This document shows positions 12,106 to 25,511 of a stretch of 64,000 bases of DNA, in pieces (the stretch's first letter is position 1; every line of letters begins with the position of its first letter). Made by a program: the position numbers and the translations under genes. This stretch comes from Octopus sinensis (lineage: Eukaryota). The notes below the pieces were generated by a model. The model saw only the letters and a list, made by a program, of their open reading frames with translations. It was not told the DNA's origin and ran no database searches. The DNA lies in NCBI RefSeq assembly GCF_006345805.1, contig NC_043002.1, positions 1,488,001 to 1,552,000 on the forward strand, written 5' to 3'.

Positions 12106-12428
12106 CAAAATGTTTTCGAATGTCGTATCATATCCCTTCGGCAACATCTTGTAACTACCAAGTGTTGCAATGCATCCTTTGACCAAGTTTGAGGCTGATA
12201 ACATCTTGAATTTCAGTCTGGTCAGATTAAAAACATTCCCTGTTCGATATTTTATGTAAATACCCGCCTTAGAGTTTTGAAAAGCATGTGACAACACAAC
12301 AGTAAAGTATATTGCAAAGAGCGTGGGTGCATCAAGGTCACCTTGTTTTGCACCATTTTCCACAGCAAAATATTCGCTTTCATATCTTGATGCAAAGCCC
12401 TGACCATGTTTACAAATTTTTCTGGGTA
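12106..12428 (-). mobile_element. RTE (BovB-like) LINE reverse transcriptase fragment
   Basis: NGAKQGDLDAPTLFAIYF...GIYIKYRTGNVFNLTRL matches the RTE RT motif GVKQGxxLAPTLF...GIYIxYR. Confidence 0.75.
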
Positions 12429-12793
12429 ACATACATACATACATACATACATACATACATACATACATACATACATACATACATACATACGTACGGAGCC
12501 TTGTATCTTTATTGGAAACCGGCTCCCTCCTCAGTCGAAGATTTGTAATAATTAAGAAATTGAAGAGACGTACAAACAAAAATACTCTGTTGTTGATATT
12601 GAAATTCCAATGAAGGAGCTTTGAATCTAGGTTAGAAGTCGGCTCTTTCTTTGGCAAGAAATCTTGAAATAAACAGAATAATGACATACATACATACAAA
12701 AAAACCCCTATTATTGATGTTCAAATTCCTTGAATCTAGGTTAGAAAGCGGTTCTTTTCTATCGGCAAGAAATCTTGAAGAATGACATACATA

Positions 12794-14063
12794 CGAGGGG
12801 CGTTCAATAAGTAATGCCTCTGACCCACTTGCAGTTGTTTGATCTAGCTGAGATTTTGCATGTGCACTTATTTATACCTCTATAGATTAAGTGGCGAATT
12901 ACAGCTCTGAACTAATTGTGGTTTCTGATTTACAGGTGTTTGAACTGAGTCAAGTGTGAAATGGAGCCTGTTGAGTGTCGAGCAGTGATCTGTTTTTTGT
13001 ATTTGAAAGAACGCACACCACGGGAGACTTTTGATGAAATGAAAGTAACTTATGGTAATGATGCCCCGTCATATGACCTTGTAAAACGCTGGCATTGTGA
13101 ATTCAAACATAGTCGGAACTCTGTGGAAACAGCTCCCAGATCTGGTCGCCCCCTTCTGCCATTGATGAGACGTCTGTCCGTCAAGTTGAGGCTGCCATTT
13201 TGTAAGGTCAACGCATAACTATTCGCCAAATAGCCCATAAGGTCAAGATTAGTACCGGGTCTGTGGAAACTATCATTCATGACCATTTGCATATGCAAAA
13301 GGTGTCTGCCAGATGGATTTCCAGGTTGTTCACACCTTTTCAGAAGCAAGAACGCGTTGAGTGCTCGAGGATGAATTTGGAGATGTGCCAAGAAGATGAG
13401 TCAAAATTTTCCAAACGACTGATCACACAGGATAAAACCTGGGTCCATCACTATGATCCATAGACCAAAGCCCAGTCAATGCAGTGAAAGCACCGTGACT
13501 CACCTCCTCCAAAGAAGGCAAGGGTGCAGCCCTCTGCTGACAAGGTTATGCTCACAGTCTTCTGGGACCAGGACGGAGTAGTGATGACAGATTTCCTGAC
13601 GAAGGGTACCACAATTACAGGAGCCTATTATGCTTCACTTTTGAGGAAATTAAGAGAAGCTTTCAAAATCAAGAGGCGGGGCAAGATCAGCAAAGGCATC
13701 CTCCTCCTGCAGGACAACGCTCCGGTCCACAACTCGCGTGTCGCCAGATCAGAAGCACAGGCGTGCAGCTATGAACTCCTCCCCTTGCACCCTCTGATTT
13801 TCACCTCTTCCCAGCCATGAAGTTGTTTTTGAAAGGAAAGCGTTTCCCAGATAATGCAGCCTTGATTTCTGAAGTCACGTCGTGGTTGGAGGACCAAGCT
13901 GGGGTCTGCTACAAAAACGGTCTCCAGAGCTGTATCAAACGATGGGAGAAATGCGTAACTCTGGGTGGTTCCTATGTAGAGAAAGACTAATAACTGTGCC
14001 AAGTGTCGTTGCTCTACTGCTGTGGGAAGTGGGTCAGGGGCATTACTTATTGAACGCCCCTCG
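12794..14063 (+). mobile_element. Full-length mariner (DD34D, irritans-like), transposase disrupted
   Basis: 37-bp TIRs CGAGGGGCGTTCAATAAGTAATGCC[T/C]CTGACCCACTT, TA at both ends; ORF pieces RAVICFLYLK...RSGRP, ITQDKTWVHHYDP, LLQDNAPVH with stops and frameshifts. Confidence 0.92.
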
Positions 14064-14145
14064 TACATACATACATACATACATACATACATACAGGCAT
14101 ACATACATACATACATACATACAAATGTATATGTATGGCGTATGG

Positions 14146-14428
14146 CTCAGTGCTTAAGCTATTGCATTCACGACTGCGAGATCGTGGGTTCAATCCCCAG
14201 ACCAGATGCTACGTTGTGTTCTTGAGCAAAGCACTTCATTTCGCATTGCTCTGCGATCATTTCGACATCTGACATGTTGCACCATTTGCACCTGTACAGG
14301 TGATGTCGATCTGATGAAAGGGGTGAGCTTATGTCTACACAACCATTTGATCACTATAAACAAATCCTCTGTGTGGTTGTTCGGTAAGATATTGTTAAAC
14401 CCTCATACGTCGTCTGACGGCGAGAGAG
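14146..14428 (+). mobile_element. tRNA-derived SINE
   Basis: TGGCTCAGTGCTTAAG (A box), GGGTTCAATCCCC (B box), TGTGTTCTTGAGCAAAGCACTT core shared with 6376-6696. Confidence 0.75.
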
Positions 14429-14446
14429 TTCATCAGATATATATGC

Positions 14447-14537
<91 letters not shown>

Positions 14538-14697
14538 TATATATACTATATATATATACTTAATTGATAAAGGTGAGAGAATTAGATACTAATTTAATAG
14601 TATATCTATTCAACACCATGTGGCACTATATATATATATATATATATATATTCATATATATATATGCATATATATATATATTCATATATATATATGC

Positions 14698-14728
<31 letters not shown>

Positions 14729-14729
<1 letters not shown>

Positions 14730-16700
14730 TAGCAATGCATCACGGCGTTGCCCGGGTGTTATAATGTACAGCACATTGTATTATTTGTTATGGGCAGAAA
14801 CGGCACACGAGGAGTGTGAAGCAAACAGCTCTTCTTTCTAAACATGTTTTCCGGTCATTTGCTGAAATTGTTGACACCAAAGACATGTAGAATGGCAACT
14901 TAGATTAGACTGAAATCTTAACATTGCCCCCAAAGTGACCAAGACTTACGGGTTCAAAGAATTGGATGGCGTATGTGGACGTAGAGGTATCCGCATTGTA
15001 GAAAGAAAGCTGCTTCATTGAGAAATGCATCTCCCTTGTAATGTTTGGGCAGACTGCACACTTCAACATATGTTAAGTGAAGCCGACAATGCTTCTGGGT
15101 AAACCCTGTTTTGCGTAAGTCCAGTGCTGGTAGTCATTTTCACTGCTAACGGGAGAGCATGCGTCATATAATTGTCCATGAGAGAAGCAGGTTATTTGAA
15201 AATTCAGACCCACAATTCTTAAAGTTTGACCCTGGGCTTTGTTGATTATCATAGCGAAGCACAATGGCACTGGGAACTGGAGACGCTTGAATTGAAATGA
15301 TACATTTGAGGATATGTGGGGCATGCGTGGTATGTATGCGATCTCTCCTCGATGACAGCCAGCAATAATGGTTGCTTGTAGATCATGACTTGTCATTGTT
15401 GTTACAGTCAATTTTGCACCATTGCATAGTCGTGGTGGGTCCAAATTCCTCAAGAGCATGATGGTTGCATCTTTCTTCAGGAACAACTAATGCAGTGGCA
15501 GTCTTGTCGGTTGTAGAGGGTTGAGAAATTTAACTGGATACTCAACAGTGGTATGTTCGTCGATGGTAGTGTCATCAATGGAGACAAACGTTGAAGCAAT
15601 TCCAGATAGAATGTGGAGGAGTTCATGATTTACTTTATCAAGGTTTTCATTCTGAGGTATTAAAATAGTTCTCGTTACGAACCATGCTATGTTTTAGAAG
15701 TTGTCTTGCAATGTGGGAAATATCTTTTCTTTAAGCTCGGCCAAAGTAGACACCGTCTGCCCAGATTACAAAGGCGCCATTTCCAGTTTGTAGAAGATGA
15801 TGAAAGAATTCTTCAGCTAAGGGATCGTTGTAGAAATGAGCTCGCATACTGTTGCTTAATGAAAGCTGACGAACAAATCTCCACAGAGGTGAAGACTTCA
15901 GACACGCATAGATGTCATATCTGACGGACATCCCCTGCGAGGGCAACAGTTAAGCCCCGCCCCCATAACGGCAGTGTTGTTTCTAATATACCTTAGTGAC
16001 CTATCTAGGGATTCTAGTGCACCACCGTGTGCCATCGTGCATTCTTCCCAGACAATAAGTGTAGTTTAGAGCAGAACTTCCACCGTCGGAGATAGTTTTG
16101 AAATATTACTCGTTTGGGCATTGTTGAAGTGAGTTTTCTTGAGCACGAATAGAGGCAGTTTTTTTGGCGGCACTTATTTGCGGAGATAAATGAGAATGTC
16201 TTCGTTTTGGTGGCATGGCTGAAAAGAGCGAATGATTAAGGAACATATAAGATGGAAGACAGCAATATGAAGTTGTGCATTGTATGATTTCATTTTTTAG
16301 TAACAAATGAAAAGATGTAGAAAATGCATATGTCAATTTGTATACGGTTATTATGAGAAGAATCGGTAAACTGTGAATGACTTGGCTATGTTCTGTGTTG
16401 ATAAGCGTAATGCGTTCTGTAAGCTGATATATAGTGGAGTGGATTACTGGCGTAATGGAAGTTATTGTTTGTCCTGAGGGGAGGGGTGTAAAATTTGCAT
16501 GAAAATAATTTATGTTCTTAAGAAGGATCACAAACTATGTTCTGTTTCATAGAATAAAAAGGGGTTAATATGATTTTACCCAGAAATCATGTTTTGAAAA
16601 TTATAAATCCCCCCTCCTCAACGAATTTTCCTAATTTTTAACTGTTTTTCGAATTTTGTTTTTCGTGCACGGAGGAAAATACAGAGATTGCAAATGTGGT
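14729..16700 (-). mobile_element. Helitron with decayed PIF1-type helicase, internally deleted; 5' end uncertain
   Basis: 3' CGG-GCAACG-CCG hairpin then CTAG|T at 14729; helicase motifs WEECTMAH..LDRSLR, LAGDVRQI, NMRAH-like, LLRNLDPPRLCNG, FAMIINKAQGQTL; N-terminal MPPKRR stub near 16130-16215. Confidence 0.85.
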
Positions 16701-17119
16701 TTTTGAAAACTTAATTTTTCTGAAAGAAATACTGAAAGAAATCTCGGCCACTCATTGGCTACCCGCTTTGGGGCGAAATGCAAGTCTCCTGTATGGAAAA
16801 CATAGGAATGCGAGTAAATTGAAGAAAGAAATGTGGGGGGTACGGAAATGTCATCTCGGACATGCTAGAAATACCAGGTAAAGGACAGGATTTCTGAGAT
16901 GACTTCCTTGTAAGTGGAAGGTCAGGTTTTGAAATACGCTCATCTCAAACAGGAGTGATAGAATAGGAAAAGGTAACTTCCATAGGATTTGAACAGTAAT
17001 TTAGCGCACAGCAAAAATGACATAATTGATCAGAACTCTAACTGTGTGTGTGTGTGTGTGTATGTGTGTTTGTGTGTGTGTGTGTGTATGTGTTTGTGTG
17101 TGTGTGTGTGTGAGAGTGC

Positions 17120-17151
<32 letters not shown>

Positions 17152-17173
17152 TTGTGTGTGTGTGTGTGTGAGA

Positions 17174-17211
<38 letters not shown>

Positions 17212-17339
17212 CAAAGAGAGTTATTTTTGCATACCTTCCTAATTCCAAAAGAAGGAAATGTAGTGAAGTTGTAATATGTTGACAGTATAAGGTCTCCCTA
17301 CATTGTAATGGACAGCTTCTCTTTTCTTCATTCTCGTGA

Positions 17340-17968
17340 ACTCATCTCGCTCTCTTATAACAGACTGACGATATGTTAAGAGTCGTAAACATTGGCTTAG
17401 CGAAGAGGAAAAGGCCTAACGACAACCGAAAATGGAATTTCAGGCGAAGTAGGTTTTTCTCTCTCTTTGGTGGGATTGCAAAGGAGTCATTCACTTTGAG
17501 TTGCTATCAACTAATGCAAAAATCAATGATCGAATCTACCATGTGAACGCTGCATTGAAGAAAACAAAGGCCTGCTTTAGTGAATCGAATGGGAGTGGTG
17601 TTTCATCAGGACAATGCAAGACCCCAAACTGCAAAGATCACGTCACAGAAGATCGAGGGAATTGCTCTTTCACCTTATTTCCCAGGTGTTGCTCCTTCAG
17701 ATTACTGTTTGTTCCGTAGTTTACAGAATCATTTGGATGGATTAACTCTCGAAACTGAGCGTTCAGAGTTCTTCTCTTTGAAACCGAAAGACTTTTTCAC
17801 TAATGGGATTATAAAACAATTACGAATAGCAAGAAAGATGTCACAGGTGACCATGGAAACAATATTGGTCATTACGTAGATTTCCTCATTAAGTTTCATT
17901 AAAATGTAGATTTCCTCATTTGTTTTCCTTCTTTAAAATCCGGATACACTTATGAGACGACCTGATAT
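17340..17968 (+). mobile_element. Mariner 3' fragment
   Basis: VFHQDNARP...APSDYCLFRSLQNHL; right TIR-like CACTTATGAGACGACCTGATA. Confidence 0.75.
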
Positions 17969-18934
17969 ATTCTGATTTATCAACTTTAGACTGGAGGTCC
18001 ACGGATATTTCAGAACCTTTCGGTAGTATTTCTCTTTCCAGCGTTGATTGTACAAGGCATTGCTACACCAGAGCATGCCTTTATCATGCTGCCAACCATT
18101 CTTACACCTATACATAAATACGTACTAACTCTCTCACACACACACACATGTATGTGTCAGAATCTACCCTACCATAATTACTAGCTAATACCTAAACAGT
18201 AAATCTCGTAACCACTAAATTCCTGAGGAACTGACACTAATAACAAACGAAATCCTTGATCTATATCTAATAATTACACACTCACACATACACACACACA
18301 TATATGCATAAATACATATAACACACATACATATATTCGTACATACATACACACACACATTCTTCTAATTGAAAACAACGCCTAAAAGCGAGTTTCGAGT
18401 AAAAAAAAATCAACGTACAAAAGCAAAAATATGTTGCATTCCTATAAATGGACTAATTTGGTGTTTGAGTTGCAAACTCCAAACTGAGGTGGAGCACGTC
18501 ATTATATGAAACATCAATAGAGAACCTTATCATGCAAACATTAACTACGGCCGCATTAATTACCTTGTGGAGCTCTCTATAAATGAAAACAGTAAAAAGA
18601 AAGAATAGCTGATAATTACAAGAGACAGGTCGACATATTGATCAACCGTTACCGAGCAGACGGTGGTAGGTAAATGAAAGAGTTTATCTCCACACTCCGA
18701 TTCATGGTGGTAGGAAGATGAGAGAACTTCTCTTTGTTATCCGCTTCACATTTTATGCCTCAAGACCTCGCTTACGCTAATAACATTGAAATACGGTTTT
18801 CGCTTTGTTGCTTTGTTTTTAATTAAGGAACGAAATAATAAACAACGATATTATTTTGCATCTTTGATTTGTGTGTGTGTGTGTGTGTGAGGTGCATATG
18901 TACATGTGTGCATATATATATATTTTATCTTTTA

Positions 18935-19318
18935 CTAGCAGTATCGCCCGGCGTTGCTCGGGTTTGTAAGGGAAATAACTATAAAGCATTTTTAGAGAGT
19001 TATAGCCAAAGAATAGCAAAAAAATGGAAAAAAAATGATGGTAAATTTTTTTTGAGAGTAAAAAAGGTGGAGTTGCGTCCCCTAGACAGTCTGTGGTTTG
19101 TGTTTCTGATTCTCGACCCCATATCGAATTTATCGATTTTTTTCAGAACTGGGGGAACTTTTCAAAATTTTCGCTGCGTTAGTTTTGAATTATGACATTG
19201 GGCTATGTGTGTGTCAAGTTTCATCAGAATCGGTTGAAAGCCGTGGTCAGGGTGAGGGTACAACCTAACAGACACACAGACACACACACAGACAAACTGC
19301 CGTTTATATAGAGAGAGA
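18935..19318 (-). mobile_element. Non-autonomous Helitron (384 bp)
   Basis: 5' A|TC...TATATAAACGGCAG, 3' hairpin CCCG-AGCAACGC-CGGG then CTAG|T; inserted at an A|T dinucleotide. Confidence 0.85.
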
Positions 19319-19588
19319 TTTGTTTCGCCTATTTCACTGCGGCCAAGTTGGAGCACGGCCTTGAAGGTGCCATCGAATCCAGTACACTGTTTCAAAGTTC
19401 GGTATGTTTTCTATCGGTACAAACACAAACACACGCACACACAAAAACACATCCACACAGATACATACACACACTTATATATACATAGGACAGGATTCTT
19501 TCAGCATTAGTCTATCAAATCCTTAGGCCGACCAGAAGTTAAAGTAGGAGATATTAGCCCAAAGCCCCACTCAGTGTGTCTGATCTCA

Positions 19589-19638
<50 letters not shown>

Positions 19639-20429
19639 CATACATATATACATACATACATATATACATACATATATACATACATACATACATACATACA
19701 TACATACATTCATGCATACATGCATACATATATGCATACATACATATATACCTATATATTCCATCCTTAAACTTCATCCCGTCAACACTTCAAATGTAAA
19801 ATTTTACCGAATGTATACCCAAAGCAATTATAATGAATACGGAGGTTAGCACATGAGCATATATTTTAATTCTTCAGTCACTTATACATCATATTCCGCT
19901 TTAAATTCATCCGACGCACGTTCCTGCTGCATAGACACCTAGCAATTGCATCTACATCCAGTTACTTTCGACTGGTTGTTAATCTATGCAACTTTATTCA
20001 AGGTCTATTCACTGACGTGGCTCGAAGCGAACTAACGCTAGGAGTTAAAAAAAATACTTTGACCTCATCAAATGTCTAGTATTTTATCCTGGAACCTTAA
20101 ACCTACGGTCATGATAAGGTCAACCTTATAGCAGCTTTAAAGCCATAGCAGGTTTCTAAATCTTCCTCTCACAGTATTTGTACTCAAAAACTATCGCAAC
20201 CTAATGCTGGCTAAGCCTGCATACACCAAGTTCGCCATTTGCAAATGGGTCAAATATATGTAAGCTATGCTTAACCGAAAAATTGTATACTCTTTTAGCA
20301 TGTATGCACACATATATATGAGTGTGTGTGCATATGTGTGTGTGTGTATGTGTGTGTGTGCATGTGTGCATGTGTGTGTGTGCATGTGTGCATGTGTGTG
20401 TGTGCATGTGTGTATATGTATGTTGTGTA

Positions 20430-20610
20430 CTTCTGTGTTTCCGCTCCGGCACTGCTTGATAACCGGTGTTGGTGTGTTAGCGTCCCCGTAACCTAGTGAT
20501 TCGGTATTTGAGGCCGGTAATATAAGTACTAAGCTTTAAAAACTTAAGTACATTCGCCTAAAAATTCCCCCAGCTTGGCCGCAGTCTAATGACTGAAACA
20601 AGATAAAAGT
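20430..20610 (+). mobile_element. SINE 3' tail fragment
   Basis: GCTTGATAACCGGTGTTGGTGTG...GGCCGCAGTCTAATGACTGAAACAAG, homologous to 10725-10788. Confidence 0.65.
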
Positions 20611-22399
20611 CTTATAAGAATTTCGATCAACCACCGGCCTACAATTCCCTGCCCAGGAGTATAAATATGATTTGAAATTTTCGTTGTAGTCAGATTGATA
20701 AAAGGAACAAGTCACATGGAATCTAACACTTGCGCTCAATACAGCTGGAATCATTTAGCAAATATTCTCACCTTATCATGCAAATCGATAAACGTAATGT
20801 GAACAAGCAGGAGAGGCGTAGTTAGAGAATATTTATCATAAACATTACGAATTATCTACAGAAGCCGATCAGAATTAATGCTGCAAAATAAGTAGTTTTT
20901 CTTAATACACAAATTAAAACTATCCTATAATATGTGAACGTATGACACAATTGGATTGACTGCTAAAACATTCAACATTTCGGTTTTAAAGAATTAATGA
21001 AATGACAAAACCTCATTGAAAGAATAAATAAATTACAGTGCATTGAAATAAATAGCTTCTGGCGGTGTCTGACTTTATTTGTACCCAAAATGTTAAATGT
21101 ACAGCAAATGGAATTAACAATCTGGCAAAGTTATCTCTCTAAAAATACCGACTAATGTATGTAGTTTAGAAGGCTTTGTCGGCGTGTAAACGTGTGTCCC
21201 CTGAAAGGCATTATTTAATCTTCTTTTTTCTTTATGATTTCGCATCCTGCTGGGGTGGATAAAATCAATACCAGTCAAGTATTGGAGTTGAGTTAATCGA
21301 CTTTGTTCTTTTCCAAAATTTGTAGTCCTCTGGCAATGATAGAAAGCACCGTAATAAACCTGGTTACTTGCACTCATGACAAACTTCCCATATTAGGTGT
21401 CTTTCAGATTACAGTTGGATATTCTTTTCATAAAGTAAAATTTATTTTGAGATAGATATTTTTATATGTTTTTTTTTTAAACTAATCTCACTACTTCCTT
21501 TGAGAAGCTAAATTAACGAAGTCGATAAAAGTATTTTCTCTTGGTTAATTCATTTCGTGTATTAGCAGTGATAAATAATCGCATACTCTCTTCATCTCAT
21601 TTCGACATTTTAAAAGTGTTTGCAGCCATGTTGTATTATTCTCTCGCTGACAAAACGGTAATTCCAAAGATCTATGTTTTCCTATGTAAACTGATACATT
21701 TAGCTTGTTTGGTATCCGCGAGAAAGCTAATAACTTCGCGAATTTTCTACGTATTGAATATTTCCTTGGTGATTATATGAATTCTAATTCAATTAAAACA
21801 TGACAAATTTCGGGCGAGGGGGAAGGATTTTTAAATTTTAGAATGGAATAACCTATAGGTACGCAATATTATCTCTCTGAAAAAAGATTATCACTTCAGA
21901 AATATTCTACAGATGGTCTAATTAGAATTCCTCTCTTCAGAAGCGAAAATACGCATGTAGATATGCTAATAGGATTATCCGGGAATATTAACTATTTTCA
22001 GTATATATGTGAAACGTAAGTGAAGCCACAGTAAATCAGTGTTTATATATACAAGTTATATTTTCATAAACTATTTTAATAATTTTTAGGCATTATTTAA
22101 TTGTTTTGTTTTGTTTTCTTCCTAAGTTGTGTTTTTTTTTTATGTATTGATATATTTTGATGACTTTCTGCACATTCAGGATGAAATGGACTATATTCCG
22201 ATTCACAGATATCACAGGGTTCATCCAATCTGAGTTTCTCAAATTATTCCTAACAATAAACGTATCTAAATCATGGCGATATATGCCTCTGTGCTTACAC
22301 GTAGAACTCAGAGTTGCAGGGGCTGCCTTAACCAAAATAAAATATGATTATTCCCTATCATGATATTCAGTATTTGTTGTTTTGTTACGACAGTTAATG

Positions 22400-22680
22400 C
22401 TAAACGTATGCATTACTCAGATAACTTAGATTGGTTTCGGCCATTATCGGCCCAGGTCCTGTTTAACTCAAAAGCACCACCTAGAGAGGTCTTTTAAGTT
22501 AGAGTGGTAGGCTGAGACATATCCAGGTATTGGTAGTTTATTTGGTACTTCTTGAAGGAATTTGTCCAGGTACTGTTTGAATGTTGTAGGGTCTTTTTCT
22601 GCTTCCGGAATAACAATGAATAAAGCAGGACCATTTGCGATAGGAAAAGTTGGCGCAATGTTATCATGTGACGCGAGCTC
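22400..22680 (-). mobile_element. CR1/L2-like LINE 3' fragment
   Basis: NGPALFIVIP...FKQYLDKFLQEVPNKLPIPGY resembles the C-terminus of CR1/L2-group ORF2. Confidence 0.55.
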
Positions 22681-23553
22681 CACTTTTGTAAGGGACTTAT
22701 GACACGTATACACACACACATGCACATGCGCGCACGTACACACACACACACACACTCGTATATCCGAGTTTGTATGATTGCGTATAGAATATGTCAATCA
22801 ATGAAATTCCACTTTGTCTAATTTTCACGTTTTATTATTTACAATTTTTACAATTTTACAATATTGAAATAACCCAGTACTTTCATGCATTCCGCAAGCA
22901 TCGGGTTTACGTAGTGACAGTCGTGTTCCACAATTTACAACTGTAGTGAAATGGTTAGATTTGTGTTTTAAGTACCCTCTAAAGGGCTCCACCAAGCTGA
23001 ATCTTACGAACTGTATTTTGAGTAATCAGTATATTGCTTAGACGTCACGGTTTGGTGAATGCGCCGGTTTAGTTACTATGTATCCCGCATTTTTCAGCGT
23101 GATATTTTACTCAATTGGTGTGCGGCTTGGACGTCACGGTTTGGTGGACACGTCAAGAATTCTTTAGTTCAACTGCACCTAAGGGAATAATTGTTGTAAA
23201 CAACATTCCTGTTTTCATTGAATTCTATTGTTACATTTTCCAGAAAGTCAATGTTGATATGCTTAACACAGCTACCATACTCACCATCGCTTTCATTATT
23301 GTTGGTGTTAGTGATGGTATTAGAGGTAATAGCAGTAGTAGTTACCATAATTTCTATTATCATCATTATAATTATCACCGTTACTATAACTGTTATTATT
23401 ATTATTAGTAAAGTCTATTCGCCAACGCAACGTGGCAGTCCTACGCAGGACGATGGTACTACTTCTTAGCCCCAGGAAAACATCTATTCCAGCTGACTAC
23501 CGACACACCACCTGTGTCCGTATTCTACCGCTCCCTTTCTAGCCGAAGTAATG

Positions 23554-23599
23554 CCTGTAGATTAATGGTTTCTGGGTAATTTCCCCTCCTCGGTACAGG
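23554..23599 (-). ncRNA. Degenerate type I HHR
   Basis: CCTGTA-CCGAGGA-GGGG-AAATTA-CCCA-GAAA-CCATTAATC-TACAGG; U4>C and stem III lesions. Confidence 0.55.
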
Positions 23600-23752
23600 A
23601 CAACCGCCGGATAGAGACAGCAGTCACTCGCACAGAGATTTAAAACTAATTGTTTTTGCCTTTATGAGGTCAGCGAGTGTGTGTCGATGTAAAAGTACAT
23701 ACCATACTGTAAACAAGAGTGATTGATTGCTATCTCTAGCCGGCGGTGGTCC

Positions 23753-23793
23753 TGTACTGAGGAAGGGAATTACCCAGAAGCCATTGGTCTACA
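23753..23793 (+). ncRNA. Degenerate type I HHR
   Basis: TGTA-CTGAGGA-AGGG-AATTA-CCCA-GAAG-CCA-T-TGG-TC-TACA; A15.1>G lesion. Confidence 0.6.
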
Positions 23794-24017
23794 TGTGTCA
23801 CTACAGCTAGAAAGGAAACGGTAGACTCCCTTGCTCACAGTATTTGGACGCAGATCCTATGTCGGTAACAAGCTGGAAAAGATGTTTTCCTGGGTCTAAA
23901 AAGTAGCAACATTGTTCTGCGTAGGACTGCGACGTTGCGTTGGCAAATATACTTTAATGTACGGTACAGTTACTACACATTTCTCGCTCAAAGATTTAAA
24001 ACTTATTATTATTATTA

Positions 24018-25120
24018 TTGTCCATTTAAAACGAGTTTGAATTTCTTAATAAAGTTCTTTTCTCTGACTTTTGTCTCAACTACACTTGGGTTGCGTAGTT
24101 TGTAAAATGGGAATATTATAGATTTTTTGCCAGATGGTTGCTTAAAGGTTTCCGACGGACATCATGGTCTCTAATTTGGTTTCGCTGCACATTTGAAAGT
24201 TCCAATAAGTTCCGATGCATTCCCGGTCTGACCAATGCATATCTCTTCACAATTTAGGCATTTGATGCAGCAAATTAAATTTCTGCTTTTGCAGTTCATA
24301 GTTGCATTTGAAAATATTCTTCCGGTTTTTGTGTTTATATATTGATTGATACGTATGAACTGATCTGTACCACATCGATTATCCTTGTTACTTAGGATAA
24401 ACTTTACCTTTGTTAATAAGTGTCTTAAGTTCTTCATCTGTTTGTACTTAGAACCATAACTCGATCCATGTTTATATCCTTAATTCCTTATTTTGAGCAG
24501 TGATCGGCAAATTTGCTTTGGCAATGCTAAATATATTTTGGTGTCACGGATTACGTGTCACTATTGATGGTATGGCTTGTTCTTCTTGTCCTCCTTTATG
24601 GGTTACCCTAAGTTTTTGTATGGGTATTTCTATAGCACACTGTATACCATTTTCTCTAAGTAAAGACGGGTATTTTTGTTTCAGTAGAAATTCTTTGAGT
24701 TCTGATAGGTGTTTGTCCCTTGGATTGACATCTTCCATTATGGTACAGATTTTTCTGGCTAGGCAGTATGAGATATTCTGTTTTGTATGTGCTGGATGGC
24801 ATGATTTAAAGTTCAGGTGTTGATGTGTATCTCTGTGTTTATAGTATATATCAGTGGTGATGGTGGTGTCATTTTAATTGCCATTATGTCTAGAAATGGT
24901 AGTTTGGTGCAACTCATCACCTTTGTAAAATGGAAAGTCGAGTGTAGATTGTCCAAGAAGATATCAAATTCTTCCAGAGTATCTAGAGATTATGAAGTAA
25001 CTGGCAAGGTATCTCTTCCATGGTTTTGTCAAAATACCTTCCAAATGCAGTGCCGTAGGTTTTATCTTCCTGTAACAAAGGTGCTGGGTTTCAACAAAGT
25101 TCCATCAATGGAATGTAGAT
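24018..25120 (-). mobile_element. Penelope-like element (RT C-terminus plus GIY-YIG), decayed
   Basis: LPFLD motif, FLLKQKYP linker, NCKSRNLICCIKCLNCEEICIGQTG, C-terminal IFPFYKL...EKNFIKKFK. Confidence 0.75.
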
Positions 25121-25511
25121 AAAAAAAACCCAAAACAAATTCAGATTGATAAAACTCCTGCGTATTTTTACTGTTCCGCTTAGAGATTGTCTTTCTAACG
25201 TACAAGTTAACTGGTTGGTTTCGTCTTCTGAGAAGCCTTGCTTATTATCACTGAGGGAATTTTAATACAAAACCAAGCCGGATTGTGCCTGCTGCCACTG
25301 TTGCCTCATCCAAAAGAGGATACTAAACTGACTGGAATGCAGTCACTCACAATTTCAGTCCAACCTCTCTCCCAAAGACCCGATATCTCTTCTCTGCGCT
25401 TTTGTACAGTTTTCGTAATTTCCATTCCTCTTCTGCACAAGTTTCTCTAGAACCAAGCCTACTGAGGTAAGCCCAACACACAGTCTCACCTTTGATGGTA
25501 TCCATACGCCT

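Larger units (their letters stand above)
23410..23955. mobile_element. Head-to-head inverted repeat (~220-240-bp arms, roughly 80% similar) with a degenerate HHR in each arm
   Basis: AAAGTCTATTCGCCAACGCAACG versus CGTTGCGTTGGCAAATATACTTT; HHRs at 23554-23599 (-) and 23753-23793 (+). Confidence 0.75.

Noticed and set aside
18217-18266. HHR-like CTGAGGA...GAAA...ATC
   Set aside because: Stems I and II do not pair in this copy; at most a heavily decayed remnant
22425-22460. GGCC hairpin followed by GAAAC on the minus strand
   Set aside because: No CUGAnGA core; more simply a LINE 3'UTR stem-loop
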